In this document: one piece after another, positions 34,617 through 48,100 of the stretch | How positions within the stretch are numbered: the stretch's first letter is position 1 | How the letters are laid out: each line of letters opens with the position of its first letter | From: Massalongia carnosa | Lineage: Eukaryota | NCBI GenBank assembly: GCA_965645245.1 | Contig: OZ287082.1 | Location: 620,001 to 684,000 of the forward strand | Length of the DNA stretch: 64,000 nucleotides | Reading direction: 5' to 3' | Program-made: the position numbers and the translations under genes | Notes under the pieces: model-generated | What the model was told of the DNA's origin: nothing | The model's database searches: none | The model's input: the letters and a program-made list of their open reading frames with translations, nothing else

Positions 34617-37295
34617 ATGGCTCTTGTCGGGGGCCCCTCCTCGCCACTTACCGACCTACGGACAAGTCCCTTGACTCCCGCCGGTGCGCTCAAGCGGCCC
34701 CACCCATCGCCGTCAGGCAGTAATGATAGCTCACCCTCTTCCTCCTCCCCTCCTGCCTTACCTGAAAAAAATGGAGGCGCGAAACGCCACCGCCGGCGCA
34801 TATCAGATTACGACAAGCTGGTTGAGGTGCTTAAATTTCTGAGCTCTCTAAATTGGTCGGTAAAAGATTTTTTATCAACACTTTGTAAGAATCGAGCCCG
34901 TCATAGTATGCGAAAGGCGCAAGGCCAGCTCTTCGATTTTGTCTATGTCGATATTGTGCGGCAAGAAGACTTTTCAAGCCTCATTGGGCCTGGTAGAATA
35001 TCCACTATCCTTCGCGAGAGAGGATGGGTTTGGGCCGCGGATGTGCTTCGTGAAGAAATCAAAGCTTTGGCAGATCACGCAGCCTTTGGCCCTTTCCAGC
35101 CGCCCTCTGCGACAGTCGAGTTTGGGACCTTGGAGGCTATTAAACTTGCTGCATCTGCCGCCAAGCAGTTGGCGCCACGATGGCTTGAGCTAATTGATAG
35201 TGTTTGTCGCGAGGCTCGCCCGCAGGAACCTCTCGATGTGACGTTGGATTCTCCCAGCGGCCGGCACACCGTTATATTGGCAATGCTTTGTCACAAATTG
35301 CGACCAAATAAGGCGACCAATATTCAGTCCGTCTTAGGCCTTTATATTTATCAAGGTGGTGCGAGGCGGCGAGTTCTAGATACACTCTGTCATTTTGACC
35401 TGACGATGTCATATACTACCCTGCAGCGGCGCATGTTGTCCTTGATTAAGGAGGCCGAACGAAAGGTTCAGATGCTAGGACAAGGCTCAAACATGATCTT
35501 GACATACGATAACTTTGACTTCGCAGAAGGTAAACGAGGAGAGCGCACGGGGGATAATAGAGACGTCAGATCAATCACTACCGCTCTAATTTTCCAGGGG
35601 CAAGGATTCGATGCCGGCGCTTTGAGGCAGGATATGTGGCGCCCCGCCACGCATCTTTTATCAGCTGAAAGAATTGCGCGAAAGCTGGAGACTGGTGATC
35701 TCGAGATGCAGGTGAGTTCAATACAGGACGAGGTGTATATACCGCGCTCAATCGCTAATGCACCGCGTACCTAGATTCGTCTTCATCATCTAGAGTCAGC
35801 GATTCGAGCGCTTTATGGCCCAGAGATCGGCGACGTTCAACTTCCTTGGTCGACTGCAATGCCCGTGCTGAATAAGATGAAAAAATACAAGACCAATTAC
35901 ATTCCTATCAAACCAGTCATGAAGGATGAGAGCACAACATCTAATAATATTCAAATATTGGAGGATATATTTGTGCGACAGTTCAAGTTCAAGGAGGATG
36001 ACTCGACGTTTGCGAGCGTCATTCGGCTTATCTATGGTGACCTCAAGACATGGTCGAGAATGCAATCTGTCAAGGAATTACGTCGTGGGATATCGGAGCA
36101 ATCTTTCGATCGGTTCGACTGGATTTTACCGGGATTAGGGTTATGGCATCTTCGCTTTAACATGCTGCAGCTTATTCATAAAATACATTGGGGAGAGGCC
36201 CAGCCGGTTGATCCTTCGACTCTTCAATATGCCGCCGATCGGTGGGGCCGCGCTCGTGTCGTGCAGCCGAACGATTTCCAGGCCTTAGAGGATCTGATCA
36301 TTCAGAGCTATCAAGCTAGAATCGTTGGGACGTGGATTAGGTTTTTACGAAAGGATGGATATGCTCCGCAGCGAATCGAAGCAACTATTTCGTGGCTCAC
36401 AGCGCAGACTTGCGGGCAGGATGGCACCTGGATGAATATGTTGGGCAGGATATCTCGCAAACTTCACGCGGAATTACCCTCAACGTCAATAGATATGCTT
36501 CCTCCAACGCTTGATCAACAATTTCAGAATCATCAGAACTTCTGTGATCACGTTGAATCGTATCTAACACTTCGATACGCAATCAAATATGCGGATATTG
36601 GACTACTTCGTCACGCATTGCGCCACGCAACGGTGATCTTTCAGGCAAGCGTAGCTGGCACCCCGAAATATGCGCAAGCTCTTCTATACACCCTTCATGC
36701 GATTGATTCTTCCGCAGCGACGATAAGGCTACAGGAAAGTATTTTAATGAATAGTCTTGTCAATTTACGCGGTGACGAAGAGTCGAGTTTTGAGACTGAT
36801 CGGCTTTTAGAGATACTAAACAATAACCTCAAGACGTTCCAGCACGAGCGATCTTATTTTTCAAAGTATAGTGACACCTTGCTCGAGAACTGGGCACTCA
36901 ACGGTCCATATCTTATGAAGCTCAAAGAAATCGTTGAGTTTTACTTTGGAAGAGTCAACTCTTCAAGGCATCCAGCAAAATCGGCCGCAGAGGATGTGTG
37001 GGGCATGGCTACGGCACTAGCGCATAAATCACTCTGTAAAAGAAGCTATGATCGATTTTCAACTAATCCAACAGCTAATCTTTATGTTGAGGGATTGAAG
37101 AAACTTGGAGAAAATGTATTAAAATACAATCAGCAGTATCTTTCCGAAGAAATTTCAAAAGAAATTTCAACAGACGACCTTGAGGGTAAGTATGAAGCCG
37201 AGCCCGATTTTGTCAATGAAACAAAGCAGGTCCCCGACAGCCCTGTCATTTCAATGGCCCGTCTCGAGATATCCGGCGGTATGTTTTTTGATTAA
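34617..37295 (+). CDS. Putative transposase, DUF6589/Academ-like (~871 aa, one intron at 35712-35774)
   Basis: A GTGAGT...CTAAT...TAG intron joins ORFs 34617.. and 35859.. in frame; acidic motifs YDNFDF, IYGDLKT, PGLGLWHLRFN and ETDRLLEILNN; lies inside the TIRs. Confidence 0.8.
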
Positions 37296-37354
37296 ATCAT
37301 CGATACCACGAGATAGCCTAGTCATGTAAATCCGCGCCGCGCGGCTTTACAGAG

Positions 37355-39530
37355 TCAGAGGTAGCGGACGGGGCACTTTCTTTCTTGTCTAGATCGTGTC
37401 GGAGGAAGGGCCATGGGTACATTCAGCGACAACGCTTCCATAGGATCTCGAGGCGCTTTTTTGGTCTTTGATGCCTTCATCGATGATTTAAGAGCATCAA
37501 CATTGTCAACAACGAGCGCCGCATCGGAGATATTGTGATTAGGCGCAGGATTCTCGCCCGATGGCTCCGTGCTCTCGCTTTCCTTCGAGACTTTCTTCTT
37601 GACCGCATTTCGCTTTTTAAAAACCTTTCTCGACATATATCCTTGTTTGATCATCCAGTTTTTCCTCCGTTCCTCAAATTCAATACTGGCGGAGTTGCAT
37701 GTTAGGCTGGGTAATCGTTTTCTCTTTATGTCGTTGTGTCGTTTCCATTCCTCGAACATGTCTCCCTCGTCTAATCTCATTGCTTGACCCCGCTTTAAAA
37801 TTTCTAAAAGCTCGGCGCCGTAGGGCCTAATACCAGTCCATGTGTTACCAATCCATCGCCGCATGGTGGGCTCGTCCACAATCTGATCCGCCCAAGTGGT
37901 CAAAGAATTCAGTACCTCATCGGGCATTATCAATGATGGGAAGTATCGCATATGTGAATTTGGGAACTTTTCCTGCGCCTTGGCCTCCCTCCATTCTCGA
38001 AGTTTAAGGGTGAACCAAGGCCGCCTAGACGAGTCACGCTCGGCCGTTCTATTTAACATCTCATTGGCGGCTGTTGATGTCTGAAAACTTGGATCGCAAA
38101 TTGAACAGCAAGGTTGCGGCTTAACATAGGCCGACGTTGGATACACTTTATCATTGAAGAAATTCAAGCCAATACCTCGAACGCAACCATCTGAAGGCAC
38201 ATTGATTATCTCCCAAAGACCCGGTGGCATATCTCGTCGCCGATCAGCATCCTTTTGATTGATGCGGCGTTTACTGGCCTTGGATTCAATCTCGATTCCC
38301 GCGTCATATCCGTCCTGTTCGTCCATTTTTGATCCGCTTCTTGGACCCATGCACCAAGAAGGATGCAAAAGAGTAAAATGCGCCTGTCCTCGACCGCAAC
38401 GCAAAGCACGACCTAAACGTTGGTATAGCTTCGCCATTGACGAGGGTAGCAGCCATTGCGTAACTCTCATAACGTCTGGATTATCAATACCAAGCCCGTA
38501 TGCATCCGTTGCGATCAGGATTCGAGGAAATTTACATTGATTCGAGGGCATTTCGAAGCGAGCCGCAATCCTTTCTTTGTCTTGGGTGGCCATGTCGGAA
38601 AAGAAAGGCGCGACCCAACTAGCAGCCTCAATTGGATAGGACAATTGATTCATCCATACTTTCATTAGCGCACACGCCTTTTTGATAGATGAAATTGAAT
38701 CCATGAAGATAATCGTTTTCGGAATATCAAAAGGACTCTCAGCCCGTGTTGGTAAAAGATGTTGAAGATCGATCATGCTGTTCATAGGCCGCTGTAGACT
38801 GCTTGTCTGTATGTATATCTCTGGACGATCAAGCGCTGTTTGAATAACAGTACTTTCGTTATCAAAGCCACAGCGATCTTTAACGCTCTCTAGGGTTCTT
38901 GGATCCAGCGTTGCAGACGCACCCAGAAAAGGAATACCATCTGGTAATCGTGTACGAAGCACACCGAGATTGAAGTATTCGGGCCGGAAATCTCGCCATT
39001 CGGATACAAGATGCATCTCATCAAGAGCTAAAAGACATAAATTCAAGAAGAAACTTGGATGCCTCAGAACCTCCTGATTAAACAGCTTTGACGTCGCTAT
39101 CTCTGGGCTAGTAAAAACTATTCATATTAACGAGTAAGTTTTTATATTTATCTCAATCATAATTTGAATACACACCATGCGTATAATTGTTTTCACGAAT
39201 TAACTTTAAATTAGAAGAATTATTACTATCACCGTCCAACACGAAAGGCTTGCATCCCTCGATAACGCTCAATTTCTTGCACTGTTGAGCTTCTAAGGTC
39301 TTGAGAGGCATGATAATTAAAGCGATCTTAAGACAAGAGAACATTAATGGCATAGCTTGAAAGATAATACTCTTTCCAAATCCAGTCTTGGCGATAAATA
39401 TCAGATCCTTTTGATCTTGTGCTAAAGTCATGATAGCGTCAACTTGCTCATTCTTTGGATAAAAGCCGAATTTACTTAAAATCACGGTCGTCACCTGCTC
39501 GCGAGTTATCGACGCTATAGGATCGTCCAT
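37355..39530 (-). CDS. RecQ-like superfamily 2 helicase (~705 aa, one intron at 39118-39175)
   Basis: AKTGFGKS (I), IIMPLK, H|VFTSPE across the intron, LDEMH (II), ASATL (III), ATDAYGLGID (V), QRLGRA (VI), CVR...CCSIC zinc site, HRDC-like LREWRE. Confidence 0.9.
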
Positions 39531-40049
39531 TTCGATGTGTTCGCGAGCGATATTCGACGATTCGCGAGTTGGATTCTTAGCCCGCAAAACGCACATCAAG
39601 CAAGTTCATCACATTCAACGATTTTAGGCTTTCGAAAACAACGCTCGGAGGATCAGATTAATGATCAGAAGCGCCGACAATGAAAAACTGGAGCTAGTGA
39701 CCCGTTGAGTCTGCTGTGGTGGTGTCGAAATTTCGAGTCAAAGTCGAGTTCTCGTCGCGAGATCGATATTGCGACTCAATTTTGCATCGATATGTAATTA
39801 AAATATTGATTAATCGATAGAATGTATATCAAAGCATCATTTCTATTATTACATAATTTATGAAATGTCGTTGCGCGTTGTTGATTCCGCCGTCAACTTG
39901 ATTCTTGATGATTTTTGAGGTTAAGCCAAAAATTTGTATGAGCGCGCACCAAAATAAGCCGGATCTGACAAAAATACAGAGTTTTGCGCTCAGACGTGCC
40001 GCCCGTAGCATGCGTAGTCAGCTAAAGGGCCGCTAACCCGAAGGGAATT

Positions 40050-40144
40050 AGCGACGCTAACCCGAAGGGGCTTAGCGAAAATAGGCTAACCCGGAGGGGC
40101 TTAGCCGGCTCATAGAGCCACGCACGTCTGAGGTACTGAGGCAA
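40050..40144 (-). repeat. Right terminal inverted repeat
   Basis: agcgacgctaaccc...gaggtactgaggcaa followed by the TSD caaggaaa. Confidence 0.95.
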
Positions 40145-40412
40145 CAAGGAAATCCCACCCCCGATGTGATGAGTCAGCGAAATTGCCCTTATTGCAGGCA
40201 TGATCCCTTCAGATTCTCTTCATCTCTCTGGAAAGGCGGTTTCGCTCTTTCGACCCACATGTATTTGTCCACTTCTTTGCGGTCGGTTACGAAGGATTAC
40301 GGAGTACAAGAGCTCATGGACACAATTGACCCAATCGTTGCAGAATAGGTCGAGAATGAACTTGCGCATTTCTCATTCGTCCTTCGCGACTCTTGGCTCT
40401 TGACTTCTGGCA

Positions 40413-41712
40413 ATGTCACTGCCATCAGCGACGGAGTCCCGCATGCTACCTCCGTCAGATTTCGACAGGCAAGGGCGCTCGGATTCATCACGACCTTCCA
40501 ATACCAATAGGAAAAGAAAGCATGCTCCGTCCGATGCTCAAAGTATCGCCGGAAGTACTATCACCACATCGTCTGTTCATCAACTCTCGGCTGCCAGCGG
40601 GTTCTCGGCAGCAACAAAGGAGAAGGTGGTGAAGCTCAACAATGGGGTCATCTGTTGGCACTGTGGGGCCTCTCCGACGGTGGTATGTCACGTCATTGCC
40701 AGAAAGGATTCCAAGGTAACGTATATGATATGGATTCTCACAAACGACCTTGCTGACATATGCGACACTCAGTTCCCTTGGCTTCGGCAACACAACGTAT
40801 ATGATATGGATTCTCACAAACGACCTTGCTGACATATGCGACACTCAGTTCCCTTGGCTTCGGCAACACAACCTCATTCCTTTTGATAGCCTGGGGCATA
40901 TGGACAACGCCATTCCCTTGTGTCATGGTTGCCATGCAAACTTCGACGACTATATTAATCCCGGCTTCGTCTTCGCGCCGACAGATCTTCAGTACTTTAT
41001 TCGATTTGAACGCAAAGATAGGGTGCGCAGGGAGAAGATTGCGCAAGACACAGGCACTATGCCGGGCCGCTCGGTTCCCACCGCCATCATGTATTACAAT
41101 CGTCAAGTCAAAAAGGGTTTGATACAGCCAGAGGATGGTGGCGGCCTTTACCATCGCTATGTATTACGGAATTATTTTCATAGCTTCGGGCCTCCCATCA
41201 ATGTAGGACTGAGCCCTTTCTCAGAAAGCGCCACCTGGCACGGAGCCTCAACTGCCGCCCTGCGTCGCGCGTTTTTGGCGCTCGGCTCCCTATCACAAGG
41301 CATCCCGCACGCCGTTCGAGACAAGCTTCTAAAACTTCACGACTTGTACGCCGACGAGAGCGCGAACCCTGCACCTGCGATGCTCAACCGGACTGCCCTC
41401 GTTCATCACAATGATGCTTCCAGCGATTCATCCTCGGATTCATTAGATGGTACACGGGAAAACCCACACAGCGGTGACGCTGGGAATGTATCCGTTGAGC
41501 CCACGCGAGACACTACCACCAGGGACCTGAACGCTTCAACGGAACGCAACAACGAAGCGGGACAGACGACTACACATCGACAACGATCGCATCCCGCGGG
41601 CGCAGAAACCAAGCGAAGGTGCTTCGGCTCTGACGCAATGGTGGAGAAACCTTCGCATCGCCCACATCGTTCCACCCGCCACATCATCAAGGGGCGCCGT
41701 CCTATGGTCTGA
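40413..41712 (+). CDS. Fungal HNH-type endonuclease domain protein (spliced; the stop at 41710 may be a mutated TGG)
   Basis: CWHCG...VCHVI, NAIPLCHGCHANFD, PTDLQYFI; intron donor at 40716, acceptors at 40772 or 40848; the frame continues V*GPESTS past the TGA. Confidence 0.7.
40718..40872 (+). repeat. Exact 76-bp tandem duplication spanning an intron-exon boundary
   Basis: 40718-40793 repeats at 40794-40869, with AAC microhomology at the joins. Confidence 0.95.
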
Positions 41713-43876
41713 GGTCCTGAATCCACGAGCATGAAAGTCATGGAGTTTTTCCAGGAAGTTGAAGAGCTGAATGATTGATCCTATGGAAAGTGGAAAGGGG
41801 GTTCGATTGCGACTTTGGTAGTGTTCATTTTTACTAAACAGGAGGGGATGCAGGATTAGACTAGATTAGGATTTTACAATATCATTTATCTTGATATTTT
41901 GTACTCTATGCAATATATGACTGATTGACTGTCGAAAATCATTTTCTGTTTTTTACTGTACTGTATTGTAGGCTGACCGACGGGTCCGGGCTAGAACCCG
42001 ACTCGGGAGTCCAACCCGATCACATCGGACATTTTCGGACTAGCTCATTATGACCCGATCGACACAACCCGACACTAAAAGATAAGATAAGAATTATCTT
42101 CGAAAATCATCATTTGCATCTGCATCTGCAGCATCACACTAACTACACTGTATAGATAACTCATCAAATTATAGAATTCATCAGGTGCATTCAAATGATG
42201 CAAAACTCCTTCAAAATAAGTCGCTTTGGCAGAAGATGTAATGATTGAAAGATGGAAGATCAGTCAAATTGCGCCCGCTAGTTAGATTCTGAACACATCA
42301 GAACTTCTGCACCACTTTTCAGTTTTTGCTCCAGTTTTACGCCATTCGAGTCCGCTAAGTGACCTCCATTGTGAGCAAACGATAGTCACCTCATGATGAC
42401 TGTGGGGCTGATGAACGATGGAGCAGAACTGTCTGATTTTCGGTCAGCTTTATTTGCCACCGTGCGCAATATTTCTGACCTTTTTTCGCCTTTTATCCAT
42501 TATAACTTCTGTCAAAGCGGCTCGTTTTGAAAGATTTTTGTATTATTTGAACGCGCCTGATAAAGTCTATAATTCAATGAATTAGTGATAGAGAATCGCG
42601 TTATGATTTCTTGTTAATTACAGACATATTCTGCAGTTTTTTTTTCGATTGCATTGATAGAATCGTTATGTATAATAACAAGATTTTACTGATCACTCGA
42701 CTTTTTTCAACTCCTTCTCGATCGTTAATAACATCGCAATTCTACAGTCAGCAAAGCAATATGGTTATTGTTCTCGAGAAGAAAGATTACATAATTATTC
42801 AATAATAACGCGAGACTTTCAGTTGAGATGAAGTCTTATCAATCAACATACGATAAATTCAATTCTTCAATATCTGACTTTAGACTTTTATGTTTATCCT
42901 CAAATCCTCGAATAGTTTCACCGCTCTTTCCTTCACTTGGTCTTCTTCGACAGAACCTTTAGGCGTCACAGGTACGGCCTGTGTTGTCAATCCTTGACTC
43001 AAAGGTTCTCTCGTTATAGTCTTCTCTTTGCCTGAAGAATCATCCATAGTAACTGTCATCGCGCATGTCTGTTCACTCTCGATAAGAATGTCCGCGTAAG
43101 AAAACACCTCGTGCGAGTTTTTATTCGCGAGGGCTTTTGAGTGTTGGGTTGTCGGCACCTTTATCGACCGGCAGATTACCCGCCTATACGCCTATACGCC
43201 TTTCCATCCCTGTTGGAACTTTCGCCATAGTCCAAGCGAAGCCCACTATTGACATCATTATTCCCCGCTTGTAGTTATTGATGCAGTCCTGATGCCGAAT
43301 GTTCCCGCGCCTCGAATGTCATAACCTGACGAAATTCTCAAGTATTAGAAGATCATCTTACTTCGAATACAACAGACACATCGAAAGGGACAAGGCTTTG
43401 TCTCTGACCTTCCTGAACAAAAGTTCGTAAAGGTATAAACCTTAATATAATACGATTAAAACTTTTGTCATGTCTTTATTTCATTAGACATCGAAGCCGG
43501 ATCTTGAAGTCAAGAAGTCTTATTGGGTCGGGACGTCGGTTTAAGATAGGAGAGCAGTGAGATGTTATTGGCTGTGCGTTGAGTATTACTGTGAGGCTAG
43601 GAAGACTCTAGATTTGTGATGTATCTTGACTGATCTAGATGAGTGACAATTACAACTTCTGCGACGTCGTTACTCAACATGTAGAACACTAGACATTCTT
43701 TATTGGCATTCTTCGTCACACATATTCTTACAGACATGCAAAATCCATGAACTAGTCATATCTCCGTCCCTCGAGACAGCAATAACTTGATGAATCTAAT
43801 CCTGCGTACTCCGACGCCGGATAAATATTATTTACTTGATGAAACCTAAATTACAAGATAATGGCTATTTATCGGC

Positions 43877-44881
43877 ATGCCTCTTTTCAGTCATGCTTAC
43901 TACACGCTATTCGGCACATATGCAAAGAGCCCTCTGTCACTGTCTTCCATGCATAGAAGTGTCTCTATATACTCTAATATCGCAAAGTCGATGTGGAGGT
44001 GGACACAGAGAGCATCTCATCAGTCGGGATTTGATGAGACTCGTAGTGAGAATCTTGGCGTCTCACCTCCCTTTTCCGGAAGCTCACATATTTTAGGCTG
44101 GCAAGGAAATAGTGATTTTTTTCGTTTCACGCGAGGTCGCTTTGTTAGCAATGAAGAGTTCGAGATGTCACAAAGATGCGTACATTTCAATATGGACAAG
44201 CTGGCTCAGATTGCCGCTTCGACCATTGGCTCAAGATGTTGCGTTGCCATCGGGGGGTGCCCTGACGGGCAATACGCTAAAGCTTTTCTCATGACAATGG
44301 AAGACGGCAAGCAGGTGGTTGTCAAAGTGCCCAATCCAAACGCTGGCCCAGGTCAACTTGTAACCGCAAGCGAAGTAGCAACTATGGAATTTGAGATTCT
44401 GATGACTCTATTTGGACTAAAGGTGCTGATATTCTACAGGCCCGTGACGTCCTCGAGACTCCAGTCCCCAAGGTTTACGCCTGGAGTTCGGAAGCCCAGG
44501 GCAACGCTGTGGGGGCCGAGTACATCATAATGCAAAAGGCACCCGGCGTTCAACTTGAACACGTTTGGACCGAGATGAAATTGGATGACCGCTTGGAGGT
44601 CGTCAAACTAGTTCTCCGCTTCCAAAAATGGACGTCAACTTTGTTCAAGCAATTTGGGAGTCTCTATTTTGCCCACGATGTAAGAAAGCAGGACTCGGAT
44701 GATCCACTCTACTTGGATGAAAATGGCACGGCCATATTTAACCAAAGATTTGCTGTGGGCCCCTCCACGGGACGAGAGTACTATGATGCCGGCAGAGCGT
44801 CGATTCACTTTGATAGAGGACCGTGTATGTGAACCTCAAACCAGATGTGGTTTGTTTGGCGGCTAATACTCAGCTTCTAGG
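43877..44881 (+). pseudogene. AIM9/aminoglycoside-phosphotransferase-like kinase, N-terminal half, cut at the Copia LTR
   Basis: FFRFTRGRF, VVVKVPNPNAGP..VTASEVATMEF, VGAEYIIMQKAPGVQL, FGSLYF, RFAVGPST, DRGP; the 3' half was not found in the window. Confidence 0.75.
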
Positions 44882-45072
44882 TGTTGAAACTTGAGACGGT
44901 TGATCACTATAGTGCATGTACGAATATTTGAAAGGAATAGTTTTGATTAATTCTATCGTGGGTGCTTTTTGAGCACCCACCTCGGCTAAACTACCCTAGG
45001 CCCATTCCGGCCAAGCAGTCACCAACTGCCTGACACTTGTCCGTTAGGCTAATGTTTAGCGTAACATCAACA
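44882..45072 (-). repeat. Copia 3' LTR
   Basis: tgttgaaac...catcaaca followed by ctcccactc (PPT on the minus strand). Confidence 0.93.
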
Positions 45073-45128
45073 CTCCCACTCAGGCATGGTGTCTGCCTTG
45101 GTTGATGCTATTCAGAAATCGCCCTGCC

Positions 45129-48100
45129 CTACCTCATGCCCATCATGGCCCTAAAGGCCTTGAACCTTGCTGGTGGTAGCGGCTTTGTCATCCCATCTGC
45201 TATCATTTCATTCGTTGAAATGTATGTGATGATTATCTTTCGGTCTAGTACAACTTCCCTTATCCAATGATGTCGTACGTCAATATGCTTTGTTCGTTTA
45301 TGGAACTCCGGATTGGCAGTGAGGTCAATTGCCCCTTTGTTATCTGCTCGGAGGTCGGCTGGTTGATTAGGTGATCGATGACCGAGGGCCTCGAGGAAGC
45401 GAGTGCACCACAAGGCCTCCTTACCTGCCTCGGTGATGGCCATGTATTCGGCCTCACAAGATGACAGGGCTACGGTCGGTTGTTGTTTTGATTGGTGTGA
45501 AATTGGACCGCCCGAAAGCATCCAAACGTACCCACCGGTTGATTTTCTTCCATCTACGGTCCCCGCCCAATCAGAGTCAGTATATCCGATTAGTTCATTC
45601 GGAGAGTCAGCCGAAAATGTCAGTCCTATGGTCAGTGTCCCTGCTAAATAGCGGAAGATTTGTTTGACTAGCTGTATGTGGGTGGGTCCGGGGTTGCTGC
45701 AATAGCGGCTGAGGACTCCCACAGAATAAGATATGTCGGGTCGGGTATGGACTGCTGGCCACATCAGTGATCCAATTGCTGACTGGTACCAGGAAATGGT
45801 GGCTTTGTCCGCCACCTGTTTTGAGGGGAGAAGGGAGCTCGCCACCCCCGGATCCATTGGTATGGAGGATTGCTTGCATTGAACCGATCAGATAGTTGTT
45901 TTTGTATGAACTCGAGGCGGGGTATGTCTGCCCTAAAGAGTAGTAGGTCGTCCACATATATCGCTATGTATTGCTTTTTGTCTTCGAAACAAACACTCCA
46001 TGATCTAGTTTCAATCGGTGAAATCCTAGCTTCTTTAGGAAATCGACTAAGGTCTGGTACCACACTTGTGGCGATTGTTTCAGTCCATAAAGTGCTTTGA
46101 TTAGCTTACAGACTAAATGGGGGGTGGTAATGAATAGATGAGGTTGTTCAACATAGATCAATTCGTCGAGGTAGCCATAAAGGAAGGCAGTCACCACATC
46201 CATGTGACGTACGATAAAACCTCGTTTGACCCCAACACCCATCATTGCTTTGTATGACATGGGTTTGACCACTGCAGCGAAGGTGTCGATGTAGTCTAGA
46301 CCTTCTTCCTGCTTATAGCCATGAACCACCCATCGTGCTTTGTATTTTAGGATATTTCCATGTCGATCCTTTTTCAGTTTGAACACCCACCGGCCGGTGA
46401 TTATCCGTCGGTCTTTTGGTGCTTCGGTCAACTCCCACGTGCCATTTTCGGTATGAGATTCAATTTCGGTCTTCATGGCCTCCATCCATTTGGGCCAATC
46501 AGGCCTAGCCATAGCCTCTTTGAGCGAGAGGGGTTCGTCTGGCCCTTCATTATCAATGTTGTTTGCAAGCATGGTTAGTGCCTTCATCATATGTATGTGG
46601 GATTTTGCCACGTTTGTGCTAGTGAAGTTAGTTCGTTTCGGTAGCTTACCTGGTCCATAAAAAATTTCATCAGGATATTGTGTTCGTTTGACGGGTGCCC
46701 GCTTGGACCTTCTTAATGGAACATGGTCAGAGGTGGAAGAATTGTGACCTTCCGAGGCCTCGGGGGCCTCGGGGTCGGTGGCCTCGGCCTCGGGGTCATG
46801 GGCCGGACTATCATAAAGTCTATCAGAATTTCCCCCTCCATAATTTTCTTCGACATTTCCCCCTTCTGGCCTTGTTTGTTGTGAATCTCCCACTGAATTT
46901 TGGTGTGAATGTTCCGTGTTTGGAGGAGAATCGGGGGGTGTAGGTAGGTGAGGTTTATTTGACCGAGGGGTGTAATAGTCCTCGGGTTTGTTATTTCCCT
47001 CGTCGTCAAAATCGTCTGGATTTCCGAACTGATCATCGTCTGTTTGTGCCCATTCGTCGTCAACAAGCTCGTTTGATTTGTAAGCTTTCCGGTCAAATAG
47101 GTTCTTTTCATCAATAGTTACGTCTCTAGTAACATGAACTTTGCCTGTGCAGGGGTCATATATCCGGTACTGATTGGTGCCTTCATAGCCCACATGGATG
47201 CCCTGCCAGGACCGTTCGTCTAGCTTCTTTCGCTTTTCCTTGGGAATATGAACCCAAGCACGTGCACCCAACACTCTTAGATGACCGAGGTTAGGCTTTT
47301 TGTTGTTTAGTTTCTCATATGGTGTCACCCCGTCCGTGTTAGAACTTCTGTTCTTCAGATAACACACTGTTTGATGATTTCAGGCCATAGGCCCTTCGGT
47401 AATTTCATTGCTGATAAGATGGACCGAACTGAACTCATCAGAGTATAATTCAGTCGCTCGGCCTTTCCATTTTGCTCGGGTGTGTATGGGGCACTGCATT
47501 TCCATCTGATGTGTTGTTTCTTAAGATAGTCCTGAAAGGCTTCATTGTCATATTCATCTCCCCCATCCGTATGGAGTGCTCCCATCTGCATGCCTGTTTC
47601 CTGAGACGCCCATTCGATATATTCCTTTGCCTTCTCAAAGGCCTGGCTCTTTAGCTTCATTGGATAAACATGATACGTTCCAGTAGCATCATCTTTGAAA
47701 GATATGTAGTATTGTAATCCGTTCCTGGAGGCCGGGTATGGGCCTCCCAAATCACTATGGGACCTCTTCCAGGAATTTTGAAGCTCGAGGCATGAGAGTT
47801 CGTGACGGCTTACGTTGCTGTCTACCCTTCATGCATGGCCCACAAATTTCCTCTGGGATCGGCCCTTTCACCTCAATTCCTTCAGCTATTTTCGGAAGTT
47901 TTAGGATGTTTCGATAACCAAGGTGGCCCATTCTTTGGTGCCAAATTTCAATTGTTGGTTTGATTGCATTCACTACTGGTTTAGTGTTTGCGAAGTTCGT
48001 CATGGCCTCCGAGGTTTAATTCGAAGAACATATTGTTGATTGATAATGTCAGCTAGTCCGTGGATTTTGTTCTCATGAATTAATTGGGTAGGAACATCCG

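Larger units (their letters stand above)
34118..40144. mobile_element. TIR DNA transposon with a putative transposase and a RecQ-like helicase (AcademH-like)
   Basis: 95-bp TIRs (34118-34212 / 40050-40144, one mismatch); TSD CAAGGAAA(T) at 34110-34117 and 40145-40152; two convergent intact genes inside. Confidence 0.9.

Noticed and set aside
37355..39530. Helicase as host Sgs1/RecQ or a telomere-linked helicase
   Set aside because: It is enclosed with a putative transposase between TIRs and a TSD, lacks the long Sgs1 N-terminus, and no telomeric repeats are nearby
41968..42850. CCCGA-rich stretch resembling a hAT-type transposon end, followed by AT-rich sequence
   Set aside because: No matching opposite TIR or convincing transposase motif found
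43590..43720. TG...CA segment as a solo LTR (similar candidates at 26261-26412 and 51646-51810)
   Set aside because: No target-site duplications and no clear second copies
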